Source: Antedon mediterranea
Lineage: Eukaryota > Animalia > Echinodermata
DNA: 64,000 bases
Direction: 5' to 3'
Assembly (NCBI RefSeq): GCF_964355755.1
Contig: NC_092671.1
Location: 22,580,070 to 22,644,069 of the forward strand
Shown here: positions 40,589 to 52,676 of the stretch, in pieces
Layout: the number at the start of each line of letters is the position of its first letter
Numbering within the stretch: the stretch's first letter is position 1
Notes under the pieces: generated by a model
The model's database searches: none
Told to the model about the DNA's origin: nothing
Seen by the model: only the letters and a program-made list of their open reading frames with translations
Position numbers and translations under genes: made by a program

Positions 40589-42800
40589 ACTAGATTTGAA
40601 CTCGTCAATATGGACGCCTAGTGCACGTCATACGTTAGAATATTGCGCACAGAAAAACGATTATGCATGCGCGTGTAACTTTGTGTGAAACATGCCATTT
40701 TTAATCCATAGAAATTTGGCCCATGATTGCCCATGCCCACTTAAGTGTCAATACAAACTGACTTCTGGTTTTTAATCTATGATCAATCATTGAAATTCAT
40801 AAAATCGCTGCGCGACTCTGACATCGTCGAAAAGCTTGGCTGCACATCTACAGCTTCAGGTCAATCTTATAACAAAGTTATACAATCTTATGTTGGCCAG
40901 AATTAGAGATACGCTGCGAACAAAATCAGTGGAAAAAAAGAAGAACTAGACATGAAACTTGTCACTTTGACGAGTTAGTTATCCGCACGACAAACGCCAC
41001 GTGCACGTTATACGTTGGAATATTGCACAGAGAAAAAGATTATGGCATTATGACCTGAACTGAAGAATATGATATGGTAGTTATTGCTGAATTCTGTTAT
41101 TTTGTGTCATATACAGTAGTATACACAGTATAATCTGTATACATATCACATACAGTGTAGAATAGGTGAAATTACGGGACCCGCTATTTATTCCAATTTT
41201 TAATATGTTGACGGCTTCAAAATGAAACGTGAAGGTAGCAATTTCGGAAGGAAATTATCTCAGCAACAACATATTAACCTGTAGAAGAAATTTGAATATG
41301 TGAAATATTGATGCGCGTTCTTTTAAATGAACTATGACGCAAAAGACTAATATACAACTTTTTTTATTTAACTGGCCATATGATGACTTCACAACATTCG
41401 ATTGGCAAAATGTTTACATGATTTCGTATCTACAATCCAATAGCTTCAAGAAAACGTTTTAATCATGATTATCAAATTTTATTCTTACGATTGATTAGAT
41501 AAAAATCCTATATTTTACATTGCCGTGGCCATACGATGACGTCACAATGTCTAACTAGATTTGAACTCGTCACGATGACAATTAGGCTATCGCGCAACGC
41601 ATCGTAACATGCACATGCTATTTATTAAGCTTAGTCTACAATAGGCTGCAGTACAACGATTGTAACAAACAGGTGGAATAGATCAAAATCGTTCAATAAG
41701 TGTCAACAGTTGATGGTATCTGCACTGTAAACGGTTTAGTTGACGGTTAGTTTTGATTTTACACCACGCATGTTTATTTGATTGTTTGAATATGATGACC
41801 TTTTCAAATTAAAAAAAAAGTTAATAAATCTAAAGAGGAATTGTTTTAGTAATAGAATATTGAAAATAGGAAGAAAATTGATAGCGTTTACGCGGTATGC
41901 GGTCTATTGAATGTGACAGAAGAGACAAAATTCCTATATTTTACGTTCGTGTGGACATACGATGACGTCACAACCGCCTAGAGGTAAAAATTCTGCATGA
42001 ATTCATATCTACAATATATCTGCTTACATATTAATTAAAAAAAATTGGGGGTCACCAGCCATCCCGGAGAGCTATAATCCATTCAAAATAGGCATATTTT
42101 TACACAAATTTGCATAAAATTACCAAGTTTGACGTGCACGTGTGTCATTATTTTGCATTCATAATTCATCAAATATGAAAGAAAGATATCATAAAACTAT
42201 AAAAAAAAATAATGAAGCGCAAAAACGGGCTTTCTAGGTTGCGCACGGGCTAACTGCGGAAATGCACGAGCGCAACGCAAATTTTTTTTTTAAATGTGAA
42301 ATTCTTAAAATGTCCTGAAATGTGTAGAAAGTTGATTAGAAATTGATTTTGAGCATTTTAAACTTTCAAAGCGCACGTACGCGGAAAAAAACCAAGGTTC
42401 AAAATTTTGCTGATGATGCAGGAAGATGACCCTTGACATGAAGCATCCGTGTGTCCAAGTTTCATTTGAAAAAGGCTGTTAGTTTTGAATTTATAGTCAA
42501 TTTAAGTATCTCAGAAAATTGCGCGCAGTTGCGCTACGCAAGCATATTTTCATTAAACCAAAGTTTGTTGCACAACTACATATATACGTGCATCTGCTAC
42601 CGCCGTTTTTGAGATCTGCTGCGAACACAAAATGAGCAGAAAAAATGAAATTTTTGACAATAACAATAGAGAGTGAAAGCCTAACTAGATTTAAACTCGT
42701 CACTACGGACGAGTTAGGTTATCCGCAGTGCAAAAGCCATGTGCCACCATACGTTAGAATATGGCGCACAGAAAAACGATTATGCCATTGAAAAATTATA
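40589..42800 (-). mobile_element. Array of the same HINE-like family, - orientation
   Basis: ACTAGATTTGAACTCGTCA-type ends at ~40589, 40946, 41554 and 42684; bodies are reverse complements of 36.1-39.2-kb sequence. Confidence 0.8.
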
Positions 42801-42814
42801 CGGTATACACTATA

Positions 42815-44150
42815 TAAATCGTGAAATCGCTAAACTCTTTGCTAAAGCGAAATCGCAAACAATACTGAAAAATCCACCCTCGTCCTGTCCACCAGAAAAG
42901 CTCATCGATCACTTTACCAACCATTTTAATCCACCACTACCTCGAGAGGACGAAACGTCTACTGAACTTACAACAGATATACCAGGGTTTGTTGAACCAC
43001 ATCAAGAAAAAATCTCTATGCAATATCCGTATGTTCCCTCTCAGCACCAATGATGCCACCTTTGTGACCAAACGTTTTCAGCAAATCACGAACGATCAAT
43101 CAACGACAGGATATCTTCTTTTTGTCAATCTATCTGCAGCGTTTGATCATATTGCTAGATCCTGGCTCTGGACATCTAAACGCCTTCATTTATATACCAC
43201 CAGAACTCGAAAACACTACCCTTATTGATATCCTTCAAAATTTGTACTCAAAAACTACAATAGATGTTGAAGGACGAAACGTACCAACAACCGCTGGTGT
43301 TCGTCAAGGAGGACACAAATCTCCTCCATTGTTTGATTTATATATTTATTTTGTAATGAGAATTTTCATGCATCACGCAACCAATTAAAGATTAGATTTC
43401 TTTCAATTCAAATATTGAATACCTACTACTCGCAACTATTAAACGTGGACCAACTGTTTGCACATCGCTCGATTGGGCAGGTTATGCCGATGATATCGTG
43501 TTATATCTATTTTCGTTTGCTTCACTCGAATAATAATAATACCACATTTATATAGCGCCCTTTTCATGAGTAATCATGCTCAAAGGCGCTTTACAAGGAT
43601 TATTACCCAAGTATTTTTTGGGATCAAACACGTATGGAAACATACTCCCATAATGCAGCCGGTAACCAGCGCAAAGTTGTGTCTAGATCTAACTGGGTAC
43701 CCATTTATACACCTGGGTGGAGAGAGGCAACGTAAGTAAAGTATCTTGCCTACGGATACAAGCAATGCGGCGAGAGTTGGATTCGAACCTAGGTCTGACG
43801 ATCGGTAGTCCAACGTCCAACACACTGCGCCACACGCCTTGATTCCATTTTCAAACAATTCAAACTGAAAATAAATGCGACTAAAACAGAAACCATGACT
43901 ACCAATCGTAAATTCACATATGGAGATGTTTATCCCAAGAGTATTATATCCCTTGATGGAAAACCTATCAAAAACACCAACAGGTTTCGCTATCTTGGCT
44001 CTCAAATCGTCCATGACCAGAATACCACAGGATACTGGGAATTCAATAGTCGCATCAAATCTGCCAAAAACAAATTTTCGTCAATGAAGAATGTTTTATT
44101 AAATCACAATATTCTTTCCCAAACTCGTTTGATTTTCCTACGAGCTTTTA
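42815..44150 (+). pseudogene. Decayed RTE-like LINE RT fragment interrupted by a SINE
   Basis: LLFVNLSAAFDHI, GVRQGGHKSPPLF, AGYADD, FRYLGSQI motifs across frames. Confidence 0.75.
43529..43839 (-). mobile_element. Full-length tRNA-derived SINE with an L2-type tail
   Basis: A box TGGCGCAGTG, B box GGTTCGAATCC, central CACCCAGGTGTATAAATGGGTACC, tail AGCGCCTTTGAGCA...GGCGCTATATAAATG(TAT)n. Confidence 0.9.
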
Positions 44151-44169
44151 TTGTCCTATCAATAAAAAA

Positions 44170-44565
44170 AAACTAAATCTTAATGTTGATAAATGTAAAA
44201 TGATGTACTTCTCGTTTCAAAAAGTACTTCTTGTCATTGATCCCATTGTAATTAACGCCCGACAACTGGAATGTGTCACTGAAGTGAATATCTTAGGTGT
44301 CTGGGTCCAAAGCAACCTTAAATGGAATAAAAATGTTACTGAAATCTAAAAAAGCAGCAGAAAACTTCATATGTAATGTCGTCTAAAAAAATTCAGTGTC
44401 CCCGTTGAAGATCTAGTAGCGGTATACTGGCTCCATTATAGATACCCTTGAATATGGGGCTCAAGTGTGGCATTCAGGTATAATAACGAACAGAGCAATG
44501 CTATTGAGAAAATACAGAAGAGAGCATTCCGAATCATTCTAGGCCATAAATATATAAATTATCCG
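44170..44565 (+). pseudogene. Decayed CR1/L2-group LINE C-terminal fragment
   Basis: NVDKCK, ILGVWVQSNLKWN, LEYGAQVW, IEKIQKRAFRII. Confidence 0.75.
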
Positions 44566-44566
44566 C

Positions 44567-45625
44567 GTATATTCTGGTACAGCCGCTCCATGATCTCTTT
44601 GCTTTTCTTCCTTATATCTTTACTCTTTTTAAAAGTTTTACTAACGATTTTTATTTTATTTTATTATATTTATGTTTTTGCTTTATGTACACGACAACTA
44701 ACGATCAAATAACAGTTTTTCACATCGCAACTTATACAACGTAATTTTGAAAACTACAACCATTTTTCTATATACATACAACGTACATTTCTAGTCTAAC
44801 AAAAACATTTTTCTAAACTTTCTATTATTTAAAAGTCGAAGATAGCCAGGTCTCGGGGCCATTCTATTGTCGCCACAGATTGATATCTTCATCAGTACTT
44901 CTATGAATGGATGATTAGGTGGGAACACGAACGCTAGTTGATCATACCCAGTACCGTTTTGATCGTACGATTAATCGGGAAACCACCTCACGACGTTATA
45001 CAGGCCTAGGTGCCGACATAGATCTCTAGTGGGAGTTAACCATCATAGTCATTCCTCACACTCAAAATCTTTCCTGTAACTAACAACCCATTCCTTTTTC
45101 TATACACCCTATACTACTAACTTATATCCTACCTTTATACCTATGTTATTTTCGCTCTACTACAATGTACGATACACTTATAATCTTACATGTATCACAC
45201 AGTACACAACTTGACATCGCGCACATTGTATACGCTAGCATTTCATTCTAATAGTACGCTCACACACTTTATCGAACATACTTTTAAACCAAACCAAAAC
45301 CATACAACGACAAGACATCCATCGATTCAGTTCAAAACCATTTTTAGGTAAATTTTGAATTAATTATTTTCTATCAATTCTACCATTTTCATATGAAGAT
45401 ATTGTGGAACCACGTCAGGTCAAGTTCAATATTGAATATCGAAACGTGGCAGGCTGAAGGCGCTTGACCTTTGACAAGATCGCCTAAATTTTTAGTTTTT
45501 AACTTTACAATACTTAGTCTTGTATATTCTGGTACAGCCGCTCCATGATCTCTTTGCTTTTCTTCCTTATATCTTTACTCTTTTTAAAAGTTTTACTAAC
45601 GATTTTTATTTTATTTTATTATATT
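44567..45625 (+). repeat. ~105-bp direct repeats (44567-44670 and 45522-45625) bracketing ~850 bp
   Basis: GTATATTCTGGTACAGCCGCTCC...TTTTATTATATT identical by eye at both sites. Confidence 0.85.
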
Positions 45626-45963
45626 ATATTTTTTTATTGTGTTATGTAAATCTCAAGCAATTCAGTTTCTTTTGTTATTTGTGGTTTTATTAAAATAAAT
45701 GAAATACCCACAAACAATAAGTTTCAAGTTTCAATGTTTGATGAGTTTCAAGTCAGCAGAATTTTTAAAAATTCTATGAGAATTTGTTTAAGAAAAATCA
45801 ACGTCTGCCTAGATAGGCCCACCTCTATCCTAATGTTAAATTATACACTGGGACTTTTCCCGGGGATATGCTTGTGTACGAAAGTGATCGTTAAGTCGGG
45901 GGTGGGATTACACCTGAGGTGGGATTATACCCGAGGTGGGATTATACCCGAGGAACTAATTAC

Positions 45964-46102
45964 CTTGGTTGTGAAAAATGTTCCATATCCGAACAGTTCG
46001 ATCATTTGAGCCACTTGCAAGATACATTCCATCAAGGGAGAAAGCTACGGAGGTGACATATCGAGAATGTCCATCTAATACACTTATTTTCTCACTTGTA
46101 AG
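45964..46102 (-). CDS. WDSUB1: Host gene exon encoding a WD40 repeat (139 nt, phase 0-1)
   Basis: Acceptor CTTCTTTTTTGCAG, donor GTAATT; [46 protein letters not shown], resembling the last WD40 of WDSUB1 (H.RYVT..AF). Confidence 0.85.
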
Positions 46103-46401
46103 CTGCAAAAAAGAAGTTAAGTATGGCTTTGTTGTGGAATTCTTGAATTCCTATCTGTGCCTTATTTTCAATTTTTATATTTTTTAATCATTTTTATTTT
46201 ATAAGTATTGTTACTGTTGTAATACAAACTGTCAAATTAGATAGATCTTAACTAAAAAGTATACATACCGGATTCCAAAGGATAACTGTTTTATCAAATG
46301 ATCTGAAAAATTTAAAAAATATAACTTACTGTAGTTGCACAAATGACTTAATTGAAAGAATTTCCTGTTTAGCACTAAGGTAGAAATTGTCGTAGTACAT
46401 A

Positions 46402-47222
46402 CCGTATATTTCGGTGTATAAGTCGCACCTGTGTATAAGACGCACCCCCTAACTGAGAGTAAAACATCGGTATTTTTTATATCGTCGATGTATAAGACGC
46501 ACCTTATATTTCATCAAAACACTGTTTTTTTTAAATTGTAATCAATCTTATTGTAATAATATATTTTGTTATATCTACAACGGCGTCCTTTATTTAGGTT
46601 TTTTCTTACCTAGGCTCGGCCGCGCCCAACCTCAACAAGTTGTTTCTAACTTGTTATTCATGAGTTTCGCACCCGCAACATCGAGTGCATGACCGTGTGT
46701 GTAACACGCACGTGTGTGGGCTAGCCTCGCTCGATCATTTCGAGAGGGCGCACGTTTTCACGGACAATCATATTCGATTAGTATCTATGTATCCGAGAGT
46801 GTGTACGCTAGGTCCATGCTATAATCACCTGGAAAATATACTAGTCGAATACCGTACAACATGTGGCCGCCAAGAAGGGCTTGCGCTGGGGGGTCGGCGA
46901 TCGTGCGTATAACTATAAATAAATACTATTCCAATCGTAAACGTTTACAAATGAAATTTTATCGGAGCGCCTAAAACAGCTCCATAATAAACAAATCTTT
47001 TCATCATATTTAGTATAACATCACGCTAAAATGCCTTGAAAACTAGGCAGAAGCAGGTTGCCGTTACGTTAGTACACTGTAGCTAGGCCTAGCCTAGCCA
47101 ACGAGGTGACGATATGTACACTCTGTGTGGTGAGGCATTTACGTTCGGTGTATAAGACGCACCCTTAATTTAGAGGTCAAATTTGCGTGTCAAAAGTGCG
47201 ACTTATACACCGAAATATACGG
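46402..47222. mobile_element. Tc1/mariner MITE (CCGTA termini), uninterrupted copy
   Basis: TA TSD; perfect 27-bp TIR CCGTATATTTCGGTGTATAAGTCGCAC. Confidence 0.92.
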
Positions 47223-47578
47223 TATATATAATAATGATAACACCACATTTATATAGCACCATTTTCATGAGTACCGTATATTTCGGTGTAAAAGTCGCAC
47301 CTGTGTATAAGACGCACCCCTACTGAGGGTAAAATATCGGTATTTTTTATATCGTCGATGTATAAGATGCACCTTATATATTTCATCAAAACAATGTTTT
47401 TTAAATTGTAATCAATATTATTGTAATAATATATTTTGTTATATCTACAACGGCGTCCTTTATTTAGGTTTTTTCTTACCTAGGCTCGGCCATGCCCAGC
47501 CTCAACAAGTTCTTTCTAACTTGTTATTCATGAGTTTTGCACCCGCAACAACATCGAGTGCATGACCCTGTGTGTAAC

Positions 47579-48388
47579 GGTGACTACTTCTTCGCATGCA
47601 GCTAAAGTAAAATGACGTCACGTTAAAGTGGGTCGTCACAGAGTCTCATGCATATTAATGAAGCAAACTTACTGAGAGTGTTTTCCACCATACCACACAC
47701 GCGACGCGAGATTTATCGAAACTCCCGAGCCCATCATCGACTGACGATCATGTTTTTGACAATTAAAATCAGTATGGCATATACAACAAAATATAATTGT
47801 TTTCACTGCTGAGGATAATAAATAATATATTGAATTTTAACGCCTAGATACTTCCAGTGCGAATACAAAATAATAATAATGTACAGTATATTAGTATGTA
47901 TTTTCAAATGCTGCAAGACATGAGACCCGAAATAGGCTAGGCCTAGGTGGCAGCGCACGTGCATACTTAGCTAGAGCTAGGTTGGGTGGGAAGTGTAGCT
48001 AGTATGCTGGGTTAGTGTACATCTGCACGATGCCTCGCGGAACGATGAATGAGGATATGGAGGCCTGATAAGTGATAGTAGTGGGTACTACTCTAAACTG
48101 TATTTTACGTTAAGCCGCCAGTGAGGAGGTACTAGTATCATAGAAAGTCTTTCTAGCCTAGGCCTAGCTAGGCATCTAAGCCAAATGGGTCAAATAAAAA
48201 ACTATATTTAATCTGCTTCTTTGTTATCAGGAACAATATCGGAATTATTGAAAACATTTTGTAAAATCATCATCGCGCAATCAAGAAGCAGAGAGAAAAC
48301 ATTTCTTTTGCATATGCATGAGACTCTGTGACGACACGCTTTAACGTGACGTCATTTTACTTTAGCTGCATGTGAAGAAGAAGTCACC
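47579..48388. mobile_element. MITE with ~77-bp TIRs and 9-bp TSD (MULE- or Merlin-like)
   Basis: GGTGACTACTTCTTC...GAAGAAGAAGTCACC; TSD GTGTGTAAC at 47570-47578 and 48389-48397, single in the sister MITE. Confidence 0.9.
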
Positions 48389-49043
48389 GTGTGTAACACG
48401 ATGTACGTGTGTGGGCTAGCCTCGCTCGATCATTTCGAGACATTTCGAGAGGGCGCACGCTTTCACGGACAATCGTATTCGATTAGTATCTATGTATCCG
48501 AGAAGTGTGTACGCTAGGTCCATGCTATAATCACCTGGAGAATATACTAGTCGAATACCGTACACCATGTGGCTGGCCGCCCAAGAAGGGCTTGCGCCAG
48601 GGGTACGGCGGTCGGCGATCGTGCGTATAACTATAAATAAATACTATTCCAATCGATCGTACGTAAACGTTTACAAATGAAATTTATCGGAGCACCTAAA
48701 ACCGCTCCATAGTGAACAAATCTTTTCATCATATTAGTATAACATCATGCTAAAATGCCTTGAAAACTAGGCAGAAGCAGGTTGCCGTTACGTTAGTATA
48801 CTGTAGCTAGGCCTAGCCTACTCAGGCCTAGCAAACGAGGTGACGATAGGCCAATATGTACAATCTATGTGGTGAGGCATTTATGTTCGGTGTATAAAGC
48901 CGATTTTCCACTAGGCGAATTTGTTCGCACGAATAATATATTTTCGCGGCGAAAAAATTCGCGCTACCTTTTACTTATTTTCCACGCGAGAGCGAATGAC
49001 TTTGCGATTTTGACTGTAGGCCTATGGTGATTAACATTACACG

Positions 49044-51128
49044 ATGCCGGCTGTTAATTTAAGAAACCTTCTTTTAATCAAAATTAAGTTGTTAAGGCTT
49101 TTATTAATTCGAAGACAGAAACAACGAAGAATAAAATACAGAAAGAGGTTTTGGGTTAGACCGATTTACAGTGAAAGAGAACAAAAAGGAGAATACCACC
49201 TGTTAGTTAAAGAATTGAAGCTGTATGACGCAGAGTACTTTTTTAGATGCTTTCGAATGTCACCAACAACGTTTGAGGAACTTTTGAGTTTGATTGCACC
49301 ATTTATAACGAAACAAGATACTAAATTAAGGAAATCCATCGGTCCCAGTGAGAGATTAAGTGTTTGCTTAAGATACTTAGTAACAGGCGATGCACAAGTC
49401 ACAATTGCTGCAAGCTACCGTATGAGCCCATCGGTAGTTGGAAGAACAATTGATGAGACGTGTGGTGCTATATGGACAGTCCTAAAAGAGAAAGGCTTCA
49501 TCAAACATCCATCAACAGAGGAAGAGTGGAAAGGTATTTCTAATGAATTTTTCGAGTCATGGAATTTTCCCAACTGTGTTGGGTCTATAGACGGGAAGCA
49601 TGTAGTGATGCAAGCACCTAATAATTCAGGCTCATCATATTTTAATTACAAGAAAACCTTTAGTATTGTACTTATGGCGGTTTGTGATGCGAACTATAAA
49701 TTTACTTTAGTAGACATTGGAGACAGTGGACGTCAGAGTGATGGTAGTGTATATGGATGTAGTTATTTGGGACATGCTATAGAGAATAACTTGCTCAACA
49801 TTCCAGCTCGAGAGATGCTCCCAAATTCAGACAAAACATTGCCCTATGTGTTTGTTGGAGACGATGCTTTTGGATTAAAGAAGCATATGATGAAACCCTA
49901 TCCTTCTTCACATTTAGAAACTGATCAACGAGTGTTTAACTATAGGCTGTCGAGAGCACGAAGAGTCATCGAAAACACCTTTGGTATAGCTGCAAGCAGA
50001 TTTCGCATTCTGAGGAGGCCAATTATTGCCAAAGTACGGAAGGTTGTGCTCATAACGCAGTCTATTGTCGTTCTTCACAATTTCCTAATGAAACAAAATG
50101 CATCAAATGGTAATAAATATTGCCCATTACAATTTGTTGACAATGATGGGCCAACAGGGGTAACGCCAGGTGAATGGAGGCAAGATACCGATATTAATGT
50201 GCATGGTGGTCTACAATCGATACGTCGGATAGGTTCGAACAACTATTCCAAGGATGCTGCTGCCGTCAGAAATGATTATAAAGATTATTAGTCGCGTGGA
50301 AGCGACTCTATAGTTCACTATGTCGGTCGGTCGGTCTGTCTGTCGGTCTGTCTGTCTGTCTGTCTGTCCGGTATCACTATGCGTTTTATCGCTTTATGAC
50401 CTTATCTTGATATCAGTTTACTCTAGCTAAGTCAATTTTTCACAGAATATTCCTTATGCCCAGGAATCGATGTGGTTATGTTTTCACGGTGCGCAATAAA
50501 AAATTACGCGGTCTACGCACGATTTAACGAAATCACGTTTGTAATCATTATCTTAACAACCATGAATCACAATTAAATAAAATTTGGTACTCATAAATTT
50601 CAGGGCATAAATCATCATATGGCAATACAATTACGTGCGTAGCGCATGTAACGCATGCGTACGCGCGCTTAAAATTTTAAAAATTTATTTTCGATGAAAT
50701 AAGAGTACGTTTCAGGCAATTTTAAGCGTTTACAAAATTGCCATGAGTGCGCAGATTTTTGCGCGCGCACTGCGCGTTAAATGTTATTGCGCACTCTTTT
50801 TGCCCGATTTCTGTTTTCTTGACTTACTTTTCAACTCGAAATTACGTTATACGAGCACGTCAAAAGTGACAGGCTACGCACGTGTAAATTAAAAAAATAT
50901 AAATGTTTTTAAACATTTCAACATTTTTAAACATGTTCAGTAATTTCGGTCAGTATAGTTCACTATGTCGGTCGGTCCGTCTGTCTGTCGGTCTGTCTGT
51001 CTGTCTGTCGGTCTGTTTGTCGGTCCGGTATCACTATGCATTGTAGCACGCGACTTTATGGCTGTTGGCCTTGTTTTTACAATGAAGGCGCTGTACAATG
51101 GCAATGGGGATTAGTTAACCGAACTTAA
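49044..51128 (+). CDS. Harbinger DDE transposase (HARBI1-like); last 17 codons (51075-51128) cut off by the HINE
   Basis: FRMS...F, CVGSIDGKH, YFNYKKTFSIVLMA, DGSV, VGDDAF, FNYRLSRARRVIENTFG; restored end DYFYNEGAVQWQWGLVNRT*. Confidence 0.95.
50289..51074 (+). mobile_element. DINE-1/HINE-type non-autonomous Helentron inserted in a T run
   Basis: 5' TAGTCGCGTGGAAGCGACT, (GTCT/GTCG)n microsatellite (duplicated at 50955-51040), 3' CACGCGACT subTIR + GGCTGTTGGCC hairpin + TTGT; no TSD. Confidence 0.92.
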
Positions 51129-51459
51129 AGAAATACAGTCGGTTTACAGTATAACGAAATTTAAATATAAGTAAATGAAAATATTCAATGTAAAGGAAAT
51201 CAATACTGTTACATCAATCCGATTTAATTAAAATGTAAATAACGGTTTTTGTAGACGTATACAGTATAATACTTATTTGCACTATATAAATAACACTAAA
51301 CAAATAATTATTTGTTTTAATTACAGTATACTATCCGATCCGATTCAATTGAAATGTAAATAACAGTTTTCGTATACAGTATATAATTATTTGCAAAGAC
51401 GCATTAAATGTTATTAGTAAATGGTAACATTAACAGTTCTTATGTTAAATATGTCTGTT

Positions 51460-52622
51460 TTACTCCTCGAATTCTATATCAAAAAGCAATTGGCTTATTT
51501 TAACCATAGCGAGTCGTTGTCTTCGGCAGTCAAATGCTGAAACAATTGGGATAAGGCTCCTGAAATATAGAGCGACTTCATCTTCCTGTTGATTCGAACC
51601 CGATATCAAAGAATTAATGGCTTCCGATGTCGTTTCCAGTTGGTTTATTATCATTGTATCAAGTTCGTCATGTTGCTTTTTCCGTTTTATCGGTACTTGT
51701 GGTATCGTCGACACACAGGGATCAATATTCTCTTCATTAGAAGCATGTCTGGTAGTAGTACCACTACTTGTAGCTTGACAGTTGCTGACAGTTGGCTTGT
51801 TGGCTGTTTTTTCATGCAGAAATCTCATCTGTTCAAAATACTTGCATTGCGGTAAAGACGTAGCGGCTGCCCCAGACCGTATCATTGAATTTCTCTTGTT
51901 TAGGCACTTCTTTAGTGTGTCTTTCAAGTTTTTGAGTTGTCGCTGAAGGAATTCAACTAAAAAAATATAACAAATTATACCGAATTAATACTTTAACTTT
52001 AATTTTTGTAGGCCTACACGCGAGTAAATTTATCCAAAATTGAAAATGGAATGTTCGAATAGGCCTGCCTGCGAGTAGGCTTGCTAGATAGAGGAGCCTA
52101 GGCCTAGCTAGTAGATTAGACCTAGGCCTAGCATAGCTAGCCTAGCAAGTTGTAGGCCTAGTCTAACCTAGTCCTAGTAGCCTAGTGTAGGCTCTACGCC
52201 TAGCTAGGCTTACTTAGAGTTTAATTGTTTTTACCTTCTCTATTGAAAATTTCTCCTATTGTTTTCCAGGCGTTAACTTTAATTGCACGGTTTTTATACT
52301 GTTCAGAGTTAACATCCCACAGACATTTGTGTTTTCTGACTTCTTCTATGAAGAGTTCTTTGTTAAACAGACCTAGGCTTAGGCCTAAGCTTTCCTCCTC
52401 TGCTGGTGGTGGACTGCATGCCTCCTGTGGCTGGGGTCCTGTCCCGACGACTACGACGCCTGCTTCTGTTGCTCCAGTGCCGGTAGGTCTAGGCCTAGTC
52501 TGCTGCTCATCACACTCATAATAGCCTTGGCCTATTAGTATTTGGCCTAGGCTTAATTCTGTCTCTTCTAGATCTTTCACAGCACCATCTTCAATTGTCA
52601 TGAGAATTTCGCTACACTCCAT
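51460..52622 (-). CDS. Harbinger accessory MADF (Myb/SANT-like) + BESS protein, two exons (52622-52235, 51956-51460)
   Basis: GT/AG intron 52234-51957 joins FIEEVRKHKCLWD...YKNR...AWKTIGEIFNRE to VEFLQRQLKNLKD in frame; C-terminal DEVALYFRSL...KISQLLF. Confidence 0.9.
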
Positions 52623-52676
52623 ATTAATATGACTCAAAAAATAGCCCTATCACTTTAATCGGATCGGATAGTATAC

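Noticed and set aside
43580-44014. 144-aa minus-strand ORF, and a possible tRNA gene at 43770-43839
   Set aside because: Spans antisense LINE plus SINE; the tRNA-like part is a SINE head with body and tail attached
44835-44905. Minus-strand CTGATGA-AGATA...TATCT hammerhead candidate
   Set aside because: Stem II is followed by TCGAC rather than GAAA
45734-46187. Plus-strand ORFs 45734-46009 and 45978-46187
   Set aside because: Antisense shadows; the real coding signal is the minus-strand WD40 exon
49044-50291. Domesticated HARBI1/ALP1 host gene
   Set aside because: Lies within intact TIRs and a TAA TSD inside a MITE, so it is a transposon copy
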